Positions 32,449 to 43,401 of a stretch of 64,000 bases of DNA are shown one piece after another. Made by a program: the position numbers and the translations under genes. Within the stretch, counting starts at the first letter, position 1; each line of letters opens with the position of its first letter. Source of the stretch: Porphyridium purpureum (lineage: Eukaryota); assembly GCA_008690995.1 (NCBI GenBank), contig VRMN01000005.1:868001-932000 (forward strand). The letters are read 5' to 3'. Under the pieces are notes generated by a model that saw nothing but the letters and a program-made list of their open reading frames with translations, did not search any database and was not told the origin of the DNA.

Positions 32449-33084
32449 CCGCAAGCAGCTTCTGACACAACGTTACGACGCGAAGACAATGAAGACGATC
32501 TGTAAGTGACAATCCACCATTCGATCTGCATACCGAGGAATCGCGCGTGCCCCTCTTCCACACCCACCTGCGACCAACCCAACCCGCTCGCGCGTTCGCC
32601 CGCACGAACCATCCCAATCTCCACTGTACAGCGCGCTGTACCCCCCTAAATTCCTATCAAAAAGCGGCTTCTTCGGGAACTGTACCGCCGTCAAGGTTCT
32701 CCGTTATTTTTGTCGCTCTTTGCGCTGCTGGCGAGAAGAGGCGGCAGAGGGAGGCGGCGAGGTGGTTGCGGAGAAGTTGGCGACGTGCGACGCGGCGACT
32801 CACGGGGAGACACGGGGTGCACCGCGCGGCGATCCCGAATATCGCAGAAGCAGAGATCGCAGCAATCGCGGCACGCTCGACAAGCGCGACAATCGCGCCA
32901 GATCGCGCGCGTGGATCGGCTGTGCGTACTCCGCGCTGAGCTCGGATCGACGCGCGCTGGGTTCCCGCGCGTCCGCGTGTACGCGTTCCGGTGCGCAGAG
33001 TGTCGGGCGTCGACAGAGATCGCAGCAGAGTTGAAGGGGCTGTGCGCATTTGAAAGGGAGGGGAAAAGTTAGGTCGTTTTCACA

Positions 33085-36000
33085 ATGGAGTACACGGGCG
33101 CCTCGGGGAAGACGTGGCGCCTCAAGAAAAAGAATGAGCTGCGGTCGGGTGTGGTCCAGGGCTCACCCTATGCCAGCGAAGTTGCGGTAGTTCGGGACGC
33201 GGATACAAAGGCAGTTTATGTGCTCAAGACCCAATCGGCGCTATACGATGCGGGGTTCATGGAGTCGCTGGTCGATGAGGCCGCAACGTGGCGCAAAATT
33301 GGCATCGCAGCGCCCAACGGATGGCCGCCCCACTTGGCTCAGCTCGTTGACGTGTTTTTGGATCGCGCAAAGAATCAGGTTTCGTATTTGGTCGAATTCT
33401 GTGCCAATGGCCACGTGCAACGTCGCGGATCGTCGCAAAATGACATTTTGAAGGTGACCGACCAGCTTTGCGACGCATTGTCGGCAGTGCACGCAGCGAA
33501 CGTGCCTGCGCATGGAAATGTCGCGTACTCTACGGTGCTGCTCGACGAGAAGGGCACACTCAAACTGCTTGGGTTTGGTGGTGGTCGCAAAGTTTGTCTG
33601 GATGCGAGCGCCGAAGCGCCGAGTCCGGCCCTCGACGTGCGCGCTATCGGCGCCCTTATTTACGAAATGGTAACCAGTCAGCCAGCACCGCGCCGCGGCA
33701 ATGTTTCACTTCCGGCAGACGCATCCTCGGTACTCAGTCCAGACGCCGTGCAACTCACAAACATGATGCTGGCTTCAAGTCCCGACATGCGACCGACACT
33801 GAATCAGGTCAAAATGGCGGTTCGAAATTTACTGGCGGGCCTCCCATCTGGCTTGCAGGGAGCCGAGGGTGCAGCCTCTGCGGCGCCTCAGAAAGTTCAG
33901 CGCGCAAAGAGTGTGTTAGATGCCGTTCGTCAGAGTACGCAGGCAGAAGCGGGCGGGGCCGGGGCTGGAACGACGGCAGCGGCGCCTGCCAACCTCGACA
34001 AATCAAAATCTCTGCGTAACTTGGTCGCAGGCTCGGCAGCACCGCAGCGCAACAAGGCGCCCCAGCCGCAGCAGCCGTCCGTGTTTCAAAGCGGCGGTGT
34101 TGCCTCGTCGTTTGGACCTGGAGTGACAAGCTTTTCCGGCGGTTTTGGCGGCACGGGTGACACAGAAAGCCTGGTGATCCGCGCCACAGAGCCCGACGGC
34201 CAGATGTTCACAGCAGCAAGCCTGAAGTGGCTGAGTGCTGACTTTGAGCGCGACGCGGAGCAGGCATCCCGTGCCGTCTTTAAGGCCTTGTTTAAGCGGC
34301 CATGCAGCCGCGACCCTGTCATTTCGTTGAAGGCGCTTGCACTGACCCATTTTCTCATTTTGAATGGACCGGTAGCGTTTTTAAGCGAAGCACTCAAGCA
34401 AGACAAGTTTTTGGAATGGATCCAAGGGGCATGGTCAGCAGAAGCATTTCAGGATGCATCCGTGGCAAGCGCGCCCAATGCGGCTTCCTTTTCGAGCGGC
34501 GAAATTGGTTTGTACGCCGCCTTCTTGCGCATGAAGACGCGCTTTCATTTTCGATGCCAGAACTCGCTGTCCGGCACGTACGCCTTGCTGGACGCCCGCT
34601 GGATTGAAGGTCGCGAGCGTAAATTGATCAGCGGCGTGGTAGAGCTTTTGCAGACGTGCGAGGAGCTTGCAACAGCGTTGATGTTTGGCGGTGGCGCGTG
34701 CGCAGTATACAAGCATGGGGCGATGCGCATGGTCGCTATGGATACCGCGCGCGCGTACGAGGCAGTATGCGTGCTCGTAGACGGAATGGAAAACGTCAAG
34801 CATCTTGAAAAAGTACAGAGTGTCTTTGAGCAGTGTCATGCGCACGCTCACGCCACGCTCAACGCTGCACGCAAGAATGCCTCTGTTCTGAGCGGGCCTG
34901 ACATTCCGCGCGATCTGATCACGAATATTCCGCAAGACGCACCGGACATCGTTGCCATTGCTGAGTCACGAAACGGCGGCAAGACCAGCAAGGCACAGCC
35001 GCAGCAGCAGCAAGCGCCGTACATGTCGCAGCATCCTGGCATGCCAATGCCGGCACCCAGTTATGCCGGCGCATCTCCGGGTGGGATGCCGTCCATGCCA
35101 ATGCCCACGCACTCACAGATGGGCAACAATAGCATCAACGCTGGCCAGCCGGCCAAGCCGCAAATGCCAGATTCAGAAGAGGAAGAGTCGTTTATGGAGG
35201 CATCCAAGAAGAAGAAGAAGGATACGAAAAGCAAGAAGAAGAAAAAGAAACATGAGAAGGCCGAGAATGACAGTGATAGTGATGGTGGCGACGATCACGA
35301 CAAGTTTTTCGACCCTAACACATCCGTAGCTGGTGTGGGGGCTTCAAACGGCGGCGGCGAATTGCCTCCGGTGGGTGCGGATGGTGCTGGCGCGTTGGTC
35401 TTGCATGGCACGAACTTGCAGGGTCAGTTGATTGACATTCCACAAGAGGCGCCGGCTCCAGCGCCCATGGGCCCGATGCGCGCCAACCCAGACGCTACGA
35501 ACGAGGATCTGCTGGCGGAAGCGCTAGGTCTTGACCCGGCGGCTGCAGAAGCCGCGCGAATGCTTGCGCTACCCCCGCCACCCCGCGGGGAAGACGACGA
35601 CGGCGAAAGCGGTGAGGACGAGGAGGCTGCGAATCAGCCGCGCGGCGGCTGGCGTAGCTCGCAAGCCATGCAGCTTGCGATTGTCCAAGCGCAAAATAAT
35701 CCTTCCGTGGAGAAGAGCCACCCCGTGTTTTGTCAGTGCGCAATGTGTACGACTGCCGAGGTTATCCAACACAAGTTCTTGCTCACAGAGCACGGTGAGG
35801 CCCCGGAGGTGATCGGCGCGCGCATTGACATGAGCAAAAAGGCATCGCGTGAGTACAAAATCGATCCCAAGCTGCTGAAAGTGCAGGACAAACTGGGCGA
35901 AGGTTCTTTTGGTACCGTGTACAAGGGGCGACTGAAGAATAAGAATGTGGCTGTCAAAATCCTGAACCGCAAGCTCATCAAGGACAAGCAAGTGATCAAG

Positions 36001-36681
36001 GACTTTAAGGCTGAGGTGAACATTTTGTGTCAGCTTGACCATCCGAATGTCATCAAGTGTTATGGTGTGTGCACGCAGCCACCTAATTACATGGTAGTGA
36101 CCGAATTTATGCCTCGCGGGACGCTGTTTGATGTCTTGCACAAGGGTCAAATGCAATTCAACTGGGTTTTGACCAAAAGAGTTGTGCTGGACATTGTGCG
36201 CGGCATGGCTTACATTCACGCATCTAACCTTTTGCATCGGGATCTCAAGTCCTCAAACTTATTGCTGGACAGTGACTTCAACACAAAGATCAGTGATTTT
36301 GGTCTTGTGCATTACTTCGACCCTGAAAGCACGTCGAGCGTAGTTGGCCCCACAGGCCACGCAGGTACGTATCAGTACATGGCACCGGAAATTATTCAAC
36401 ATGAAGCCTCTACAGAAAAGAGTGACGTGTACTCATTCAGCATTGTGCTGTGGGAGATTTTGGCGCGCAAGCTGCCATATCTAGGTATGGACCCCACGCT
36501 GGTCGCTGATCAGGTCGCGGCCAATCAACTGCGCCCTCCCATCATGCCGTTCTTTCCGCAGCCGCTGGCAGTGCTCATGAGCGCATGCTGGAGCGCAGCG
36601 CCAGACCGCCGGCCAAGTTTCGTCGAGATTGAGCAGATCGTGCTCAAGCTGCCCGGCGGCGGCGGGCGCGGCTCGCGCTAG
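33085..36681 (+). CDS. Multidomain kinase: N-terminal pseudokinase, ANTH-like domain, low-complexity linker, C-terminal TKL (Raf-like) kinase
   Basis: C-terminal GEGSFG, VAVK, HRDLKSSN, DFG, GTYQYMAPE, SDVYSF. N-terminal kinase fold has AHGNV and GFG. ANTH-like RAT...LKAL..TH.LI.NG...Y..FL..K..FH. Confidence 0.9.
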   Translation: MEYTGASGKTWRLKKKNELRSGVVQGSPYASEVAVVRDADTKAVYVLKTQSALYDAGFMESLVDEAATWRKIGIAAPNGWPPHLAQLVDVFLDRAKNQVSYLVEFCANGHVQRRGSSQNDILKVTDQLCDALSAVHAANVPAHGNVAYSTVLLDEKGTLKLLGFGGGRKVCLDASAEAPSPALDVRAIGALIYEMVTSQPAPRRGNVSLPADASSVLSPDAVQLTNMMLASSPDMRPTLNQVKMAVRNLLAGLPSGLQGAEGAASAAPQKVQRAKSVLDAVRQSTQAEAGGAGAGTTAAAPANLDKSKSLRNLVAGSAAPQRNKAPQPQQPSVFQSGGVASSFGPGVTSFSGGFGGTGDTESLVIRATEPDGQMFTAASLKWLSADFERDAEQASRAVFKALFKRPCSRDPVISLKALALTHFLILNGPVAFLSEALKQDKFLEWIQGAWSAEAFQDASVASAPNAASFSSGEIGLYAAFLRMKTRFHFRCQNSLSGTYALLDARWIEGRERKLISGVVELLQTCEELATALMFGGGACAVYKHGAMRMVAMDTARAYEAVCVLVDGMENVKHLEKVQSVFEQCHAHAHATLNAARKNASVLSGPDIPRDLITNIPQDAPDIVAIAESRNGGKTSKAQPQQQQAPYMSQHPGMPMPAPSYAGASPGGMPSMPMPTHSQMGNNSINAGQPAKPQMPDSEEEESFMEASKKKKKDTKSKKKKKKHEKAENDSDSDGGDDHDKFFDPNTSVAGVGASNGGGELPPVGADGAGALVLHGTNLQGQLIDIPQEAPAPAPMGPMRANPDATNEDLLAEALGLDPAAAEAARMLALPPPPRGEDDDGESGEDEEAANQPRGGWRSSQAMQLAIVQAQNNPSVEKSHPVFCQCAMCTTAEVIQHKFLLTEHGEAPEVIGARIDMSKKASREYKIDPKLLKVQDKLGEGSFGTVYKGRLKNKNVAVKILNRKLIKDKQVIKDFKAEVNILCQLDHPNVIKCYGVCTQPPNYMVVTEFMPRGTLFDVLHKGQMQFNWVLTKRVVLDIVRGMAYIHASNLLHRDLKSSNLLLDSDFNTKISDFGLVHYFDPESTSSVVGPTGHAGTYQYMAPEIIQHEASTEKSDVYSFSIVLWEILARKLPYLGMDPTLVADQVAANQLRPPIMPFFPQPLAVLMSACWSAAPDRRPSFVEIEQIVLKLPGGGGRGSR

Positions 36682-37303
36682 ATGAAGGGACAAGAGCTGT
36701 GCGAGGCGTATCGTATGATCGTCAGAGGCGGAAGGTACTGAGATCGAGCTAGCTGGGCGGGCGACGCGTCCCATTGCGCATGTTGCACGTGTCTTAGAGG
36801 TTAAACCGATAGTATGGTGATAAAACATTCTTATAAGTAATTGATTTGCTACAAAAGCGTGCAGACCTTGGTCGAAAACTCACGGCGCCGGCAGACCCAA
36901 CATCGAAAAAGTAACAGCATACGCGATACACTGTAAATTACAGATGCCCACCGCTCTCTAAGTTCCTCCCGTTCCACCTTCATTATCATCAAAGTCTCTG
37001 TCATTGTCAATATCGCATTCTCTTATTCCATTCCAATCTGTCCGTGATCAGCGCTTCTCGTCTCCTTTGACAGAAGTAAGGAGACCAAGGAAGGAAAGTA
37101 AAAACACGATGCCAACCCAAAGCGAAGAAATTTTCTTTTCCATTCTGACACAGGTAGTCCCGTCTGAGCACACACGATGCTTCTCGTTTCGGGTCCCCGG
37201 GGCCTGGTTCTGACTGTCACATGTCACGCTCTGACGCGGCGCCTTTTGTCTAATCATCCTTGTCGCGCGCACGCAGGTCTTGCAAAAGTGGTTTGAGGCT
37301 TGA

Positions 37304-38296
37304 TCAACACAACCGTCTTCGCGCCGCCTTGATGAAATCTTGCACGACCTCATAATCGTCACAGACGGGCGTCTGGACAAAGTGCGCGCTTACGCGTGCA
37401 GCAAGCTCCTCCTTGCTGGCGTTCGGAGCGTGTGTGCTCAGACGGTAGTGTTGCAGGTATTTCACGAGCGCATCGGAGCCTAGTCGGCTGAAATTAACGT
37501 GCCCGACCGTGCTCATTTGGGCAGCTCCGCACGAAGCGCTGTCCGTCCAGATTGCTGAGCCCGCGACGCGCGTCACGTCCTGGCGATGCGTCGAGCTCGT
37601 TGAGCCATGGGTGTCGGCAACGAACGCCCCCTGTCCTGCGCCCATCTCTGCCTTTTGCTGCGACGCCTTTTGCTTCAGCTTGCGCTTGACTCCCGCCGAT
37701 GACGTTGCTCCACCCACCACGCGCGACGCGTGTGGCTGATAGGAGTGCGGCGATACACCAGGCGGTGTGACAGGCGTCGTGTTGGTGAGCGACGAGGATG
37801 AGCCCGTGCGCCTCGTGAATCCTGTGACAAGACTGCCCGTCGTCGTCTGCGGGCGCGAGCTTGGCGGCGGACTGAATTCTCGCGGCGGCTGGAAATGTGC
37901 GCGCTCGTACGGCTCGAGGTACTTGACATAGTGGAGGCGGAGGCGGAACCCGGAGTCTGTACAGCTAGCCGGCAGGTTGAGCGCGTCCGCGACCTCCTTC
38001 CACTGCTTCTTCGCGATGACGGCGTCAATCCCGCGCCGGCTGGTGACCTCGCGATACAGCACCCACAGGTCGAGCTCCTTGAAGCCGAGCGTGGGCAGGC
38101 GCTGAATCGGCGAGCCTATGGACGCCATGAACCGATGCAGGTCTGTGTAGAACTGGTACCTCTCCTGCGAGTCGCCTTCGGACACGACGCCCGAGTCCTC
38201 GCTGCTGTGCGCGCTCACGTCCTCCACGCCACGCAGCTTACCCGCGCCGTCCATTCCCACCGCCGCACCCTCCACACGCGCCATACCCGTCGCCAT
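37304..38296 (-). CDS. ARID DNA-binding protein with C-terminal SAP30 Sin3-binding-like domain
   Basis: ARID: FYTDLHRFM..IG.P...LDLWVLYREV..RGG...V..KKQWKEVA..L...Y.KYLEPYE. C-terminus VNFSRL...L.KY..HY.L...PNASKEEL...V..HF. First ATG at 38296. Confidence 0.9.
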   Translation of the reverse strand: MATGMARVEGAAVGMDGAGKLRGVEDVSAHSSEDSGVVSEGDSQERYQFYTDLHRFMASIGSPIQRLPTLGFKELDLWVLYREVTSRRGIDAVIAKKQWKEVADALNLPASCTDSGFRLRLHYVKYLEPYERAHFQPPREFSPPPSSRPQTTTGSLVTGFTRRTGSSSSLTNTTPVTPPGVSPHSYQPHASRVVGGATSSAGVKRKLKQKASQQKAEMGAGQGAFVADTHGSTSSTHRQDVTRVAGSAIWTDSASCGAAQMSTVGHVNFSRLGSDALVKYLQHYRLSTHAPNASKEELAARVSAHFVQTPVCDDYEVVQDFIKAARRRLC

Positions 38297-39231
38297 CCTG
38301 CCTGCTCCACCCGCCAACCTCTCTACCCTATCCACCGCCAATCCACCAATCGCAACCTTCCTTCTCCTTCACACTTCCTCCAACCTCTCTCTCTCTCTCT
38401 CTCTCTCCCCACCACTACCAACCACATGCCCCACATGCCGCAGCAGTAGCAGCCAGCGTGTCATGTTCACATGCCTCTCCCCCCCTTCAAATGCAACATG
38501 GATATTCCATGTGCCGCTTCTCCCCTCACGCCCAACGAACACGCCCTATCAAAACCGCCTCGTTTTCCCACGGCGCAGATTTTTTTTTCTCCCGCTTTCG
38601 TCGCGCCTTGACGTTCGCGTCTTCGCCATGCGGCAAGCGCGGTCCCTGTTCCGGTGTTTTGCGGCCTGCGTGTGTGTTTGTGTGTTTGTGTGTTTGTGTG
38701 TGTCCCTCATTCGCTCTCATGCTGCGCGACCTGCACAATACTAGCGCTGCCTGCGTTTCTCATTGCGATGGTTGGTGGTAGTCGTGGTGGTGGTGGTGAT
38801 TCGTAGTTGGTCGGTCACTCGGTGTTCTCTGTGTGTGAGTCTAAAGCTTGCGTTTTGGAAGGAAAGCGGAAGGTGGGATGGAGCGAGGTCGTTGCCGTGT
38901 CGAACGCTCGCAGCTCGCCGCACATGTGCGGCGCATCATCATCATGAGGATCTAGGCAGATAGTTCGCACCGCAGGAGCGCAAAAACGTGCGTGACGCGA
39001 AAGCGGCATAACAGAGCGAGAGTGAAGTGAGTGGTCCACAGCGCGCGCCGCTCGCGCGTGCACAAAAAGCAGCGATTCCGAGCTGTACACTACTAAACGC
39101 CGCCTCAAAATATCAAGCGCTGTACACCTGCATACACGTGGAAATATAAAAAGGGGAGAAAATGAATTAAAATATCGCAACCAACCCTGAATTGAAACCA
39201 ATATCCCGCGCCGCGCCGCGAACGACGGAAA

Positions 39232-39271
39232 ACCAATAAGCCGATAAGCCGATGAGCCGATCAGCCGATGA
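39232..39271 (+). repeat. Five degenerate 8-bp units (GCCGATNA) about 95 bp upstream of TRM112
   Basis: accaataa gccgataa gccgatga gccgatca gccgatga read directly. Confidence 0.8.
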
Positions 39272-39364
39272 AATGTCGGACCGACGGCGTTCGGAGAACG
39301 ATGAGGCGGTAGTGGATGGGGGAGAGGGGGAGCAGGTGGGAGCGGGTGGGAGCACACGGTAAGA

Positions 39365-39987
39365 ATGAGGTTGCTGACGCATAATTTCATGTGCAGCCCG
39401 CGCACAAAGGCATACCCGCTGCGCCTCGTGCCGGCGGAGATCGAGATGATCGAGTCGGCGTACAACCCGGGCTTTGTGCAGCACGTGCTGCCGCGCATCG
39501 AGTGGGAGCCGCTGCGCGCCACCGCGCTGGCGTGCGGCCTGGGCGAGCTCCCGCCGTCGCCGCCCCAAGACCCAAACGTAGATGAAGATGTGTGGCGCCT
39601 CCTGCATCGTATTCTGCTCGACGTAAGTTGACCGTTCGCCTTGTTGCGCTGCCCGGCGCCGGGAGATAAGCCTCCCGGCACAGGCTCGGCGCTGGCTGCG
39701 TGGCGTGATGTGGAAGCGCAAAAATTCTAACCTGCATCTGGCTCCTTTTTTTGTGTATCTCGTACCCCTCTCCGTGGGTTCCATTCTTCGTTGCTTTCCC
39801 TTTTCGATTCTTCGCACGCAACTGCCATATCGATGATCCGCAGACCCACGTGAAAGAAGGCATTCTTGTCAGCCCGAGCGGCGCCGAGTATACCATTCAC
39901 AATAGTATTCCGAACATGCTTCCAAAGACGGCGGCAGATGCAGAGCCAAAGCATGTGCCCCAGGCGACCGACATTATGGACGAATGA
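39365..39987 (+). CDS. TRM112: Methyltransferase activator Trm112, two exons (39365-39622, 39844-39987; 133 aa)
   Basis: MRLLTHNF...YPL...RIEW..L...LHRILLD|THVKEGILVSPSG..Y.I.NSIPNML; splicing GTAAGT...CAG restores the family alignment. Confidence 0.92.
39623..39843 (+). other. Spliceosomal intron (221 nt, phase 0) in TRM112
   Basis: GTAAGT donor, CTAAC at 39727-39731, CAG acceptor; frame preserved. Confidence 0.88.
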
Positions 39988-40339
39988 TAGGCTGCTCAGC
40001 GGCACTGGATGCTCAAAATGAACATAGATTCGGCTCTCGCCTTTCTTCCGCGCGGACGATGATGGACACAGAGCAGAACATGAGAGCGTGCTGACCGAGC
40101 AACAGCCCTACGCACTCTGTCTCTTTTGTGCACTTTGCTTTCTTGTCGAGGTCAGCAGGCCTCCAGAGCGGGTCTTTTACTCTCGGGCAGGACCCAGCAC
40201 GCGAGCTTCAATTCTTCTGGCTGCGCAATCGCGTTTGCTTTGGCGCTAGAGTCTTGTTTGGTGAGCTGAGAAAAACGGTTGCGCGCGCGGCCGCACGCGC
40301 TACGAAATTGCCGGACCAACCAAGCTACTCTCAGCCTGC

Positions 40340-43200
40340 TTTAGTGTCGCGCTTCACGGCAGAATCGGTCGACAGGCTTCGTGCATTCATGGTGACCGCC
40401 GCACGAGACGCCGATGCGGGCAGATGATAGAGCAGCTCGGCTGATACCAGGTCGAGTCCTTTTCGTTGCGATAAGCCACACGATGAACCTGCACATCTTT
40501 CGCGGACAAACGTAAGCACCGTTATCATTCAATCAAAATGACCTCGGCGCTGGCCTAGCCGGCCGCACCCAGGTCAGTCTTGTGCCCCTCCAAGAGTTGG
40601 TCTGAGTCCTTTACTGACCTCTTCCGCGAGTTGAAGCAACAAGTAGCCAGCCGTGCGCAGGACCACTTGTTGTCTTCAGATTCAATGTTTCTCATCAGGT
40701 CGCACCATGTGTACCTGATCACTAGAGCAGCCCAGGTCGATCTCGACTCATGATGGGACATCCTAGCCCCATTTCCCACATGCAGGTCACTCGGCTCGGC
40801 GAATTCGCTGTAACACCCGGGCTGCATGCGCACCATCGCCATCGCGTGCCGCAGAAAGCTTTTCCCACGCAAGCACGAATAATGTTTCTTCTCACATTAC
40901 GCGGAAATGTCGAGACCGCAGCATTTCCGGTCCACAGGGTCTCAGCTGTATTCTCCTGAGATTATCTTCTCGAAACCATCGCTGCCTCGGCACGCGGGAA
41001 GTGAGCGCAGCACGCCTGGCGCAGCAATGGTGTTGCCTGGAGTTGCATTCCTCACCGTGAGCTTCGCTTCGCGCTCGCAATACACGAGATTCGATGGAGC
41101 ATCTTTATTGAAATTTCATGGCATCATGACCACTCCGCATGCTTTCGCAGAATCGATGCAACGCAGGCCAAAGCCAATCGTATCTGGGGCGTCAGCTTGC
41201 GACCTTCAACCTAGCCTCACAAACCAAGTGAAGCGTTGCCGTTCTCCAACCATTCTAACGGTTTAGAGCCGATAAACCGTTTTGTGTGTCCCCATTCGGA
41301 TATAGTTGTGAGCGCAAACAATTCAGCTCTTATCAAACCCATCTTTATCTTCTCTCACTGACTAGGTCCCAACTACCAAAACAACCTTATTGCAGCAGCG
41401 CCGCTGTACGCGAGCGCGCCTTTTTATCTCGGAGATCTTCGTCCGCTTCAGACGAAAACGTCCTCGCATTCGCGACCTTTGCGCATCATCCGCGCCTGAT
41501 CAATTTCGCCACACCCGCGGCAACAACCAACAAACTCTTTCCAGGTCCTTGTCATTTCTGTTCTTTAACAGCGCTCGGAAAGGATGCGTCGTCGTGCCAC
41601 GTGCGCGGCTCGCCTTAATCTTGCCGCGCCCGCGATGGCCGTTACTCATTTGTGGCGTACGCCCTATTTCCTATTCTATCCGGCCTATTTCATTTGTACA
41701 CGACGGACATACTTGCTTACCCTCAAATCAGGAGGCACTCGCGACGCGTCGCTAAGCACCGTAGCCTTGAATGCTTCGTGTACATGTGCTTCCGATGACT
41801 GCGTGCCAAGGTGCCCGTGCAGTCTGGATGATAGGGTAGACCTAAGCATTCCTATGTAAAGCCAAAACGTTCGATAGCGGCGCAAAGCAGCAAAGGTGAG
41901 AAGAAACGTTCACAAGTACAGCTCATCTTACAAGCCCTCTGTGCCGTGCAGAGCTACAGATAGTAACACGCAATTTCGCGGGCGCATGTTACGACCAGCA
42001 AGCGCAAGTTCTGAAAACTATAAGGCTCTGAGTATGCTGACCCAGTGATGCATACCCTGTCTCTCATTGGCAGGCAGAGTATAAAAGGGCACGTTCTTCT
42101 CTGACGAATTCCTATGTTGGATTGACTATCTCAAGGGCGGAGACAATGGAGAATAAGCTGGTATCCGGCCTACCCCATTCGTCTTGAGCGGTTCAGTTGC
42201 CTCGCGAAACTTTTCATCCATTTCTAGAATCATTCAGGGCTTGCATATGCGTTCTGACATTTTTCAGGGTCTTTATAACTTTCTGGACGGGAAGAAGCGA
42301 CCAAGATTTGAATGGTCACTTCTCCTGGCGCCTAGCTGTCTCTATCGGGAAGAAAGGCGAAAAGAATAGAAAGTCGCAGGCGACGGGCTTACCCAGACGA
42401 CCCGGTCGTGTTTTGTTCGGAGACAGAAGAAATCAGGAGGATTGCGACAAAAAAGCTAGCAGTTGAACCACTAACGGACAAAGCTAAAAACAACCAAGCT
42501 CTGCGTCGAGCTTTATGGAGAAATCATAAGCCAACGGCCCGTACGATTTGACGGGGTCGCGGAGACCCCGTACGCTTGCAATTTAGTGTCTGATCGGAAA
42601 GAGGGCGTCATAACCCTTCAGAGGACTTGCGCGGCGTCAGTTGGAAGGGAGCCATGCGCGCCTGGGATGGCGTGGGCTTGAATGTAAAAGCAAGACGCGT
42701 CTTCGTCGGTAAAATTTATTTGTATGACAAAAAGAAGACAATGATTGAATTGAGCTCGATTCTCACACACAGACACCGTCTTCTCATTCCAGCCACGTTG
42801 ACCATGCCAGCCAACATTTGCACTTCTGAGACACTATTTTTTTCTTGTGCAGGGGTTTCCCGCAGCCAGTGCGTCGTGAATCGATCCGCCGCTCCACATG
42901 CATCGCCTTGGATGGGAGTGCGCTTGAGTACCTTTCCGCCCGGAGAGACGCCGCACACCGCACTTCTTTCTCCGCGCACTCCATCCGTAAACGGTCCGGA
43001 GTCGATACCTTGCTTCACTCCTGCTCGCTGGGTTCATTGCGAGCGCCTGCTCGTACCCGCAAGCGCTGCAGGTGGCCGAAGTACAGTAATTGTTACCAAT
43101 GCTGTGCCTTTTTTTACTCTTCTTCTTCTTCTTACCTCTCCTGTCTCCGAGCAAGACCTGATCGGCTAGTCCGGGCAGGTGCGTCGCCTTTTTATACCCT
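40340..43200 (-). pseudogene. Probable ancient, decayed Ty3/gypsy element (LTR end, PBS-like site, gag and integrase traces)
   Basis: Minus strand: TATAAAAA (~43196), LTR-like end CACAGCA (43100) followed by TTGGTAAC, CRGCGE knuckle trace (~41510), SHH...T...L..RYTW..L.RNIE...SCAR (~40660-40760, zinc-binding region) and NDNG (~40525, cf. SDNG). Confidence 0.45.
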
Positions 43201-43401
43201 TACTTCCGCCAGGGACAGCAAGGCGCCAAGAGAAATGACAATGCAAATCATTGGCATTTCTGCGCACGTCTAGAAGGTTCTGGAACCTCTAGAAGCTTCG
43301 AGAAACGGTTAAACGGTCTACCGGTTTGACGGCTTACCGGTTTCGGATTAACCGAACCGTTCTAGGTGACTGGGGTCGAACGGATAACAGTAATCACAGT
43401 A

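Noticed and set aside
42716..43154. Histone H4-like traces (CGVRRLSG)
   Set aside because: Similarity is too short and needs a frameshift; a decayed gag start after an LTR/PBS explains the context better.
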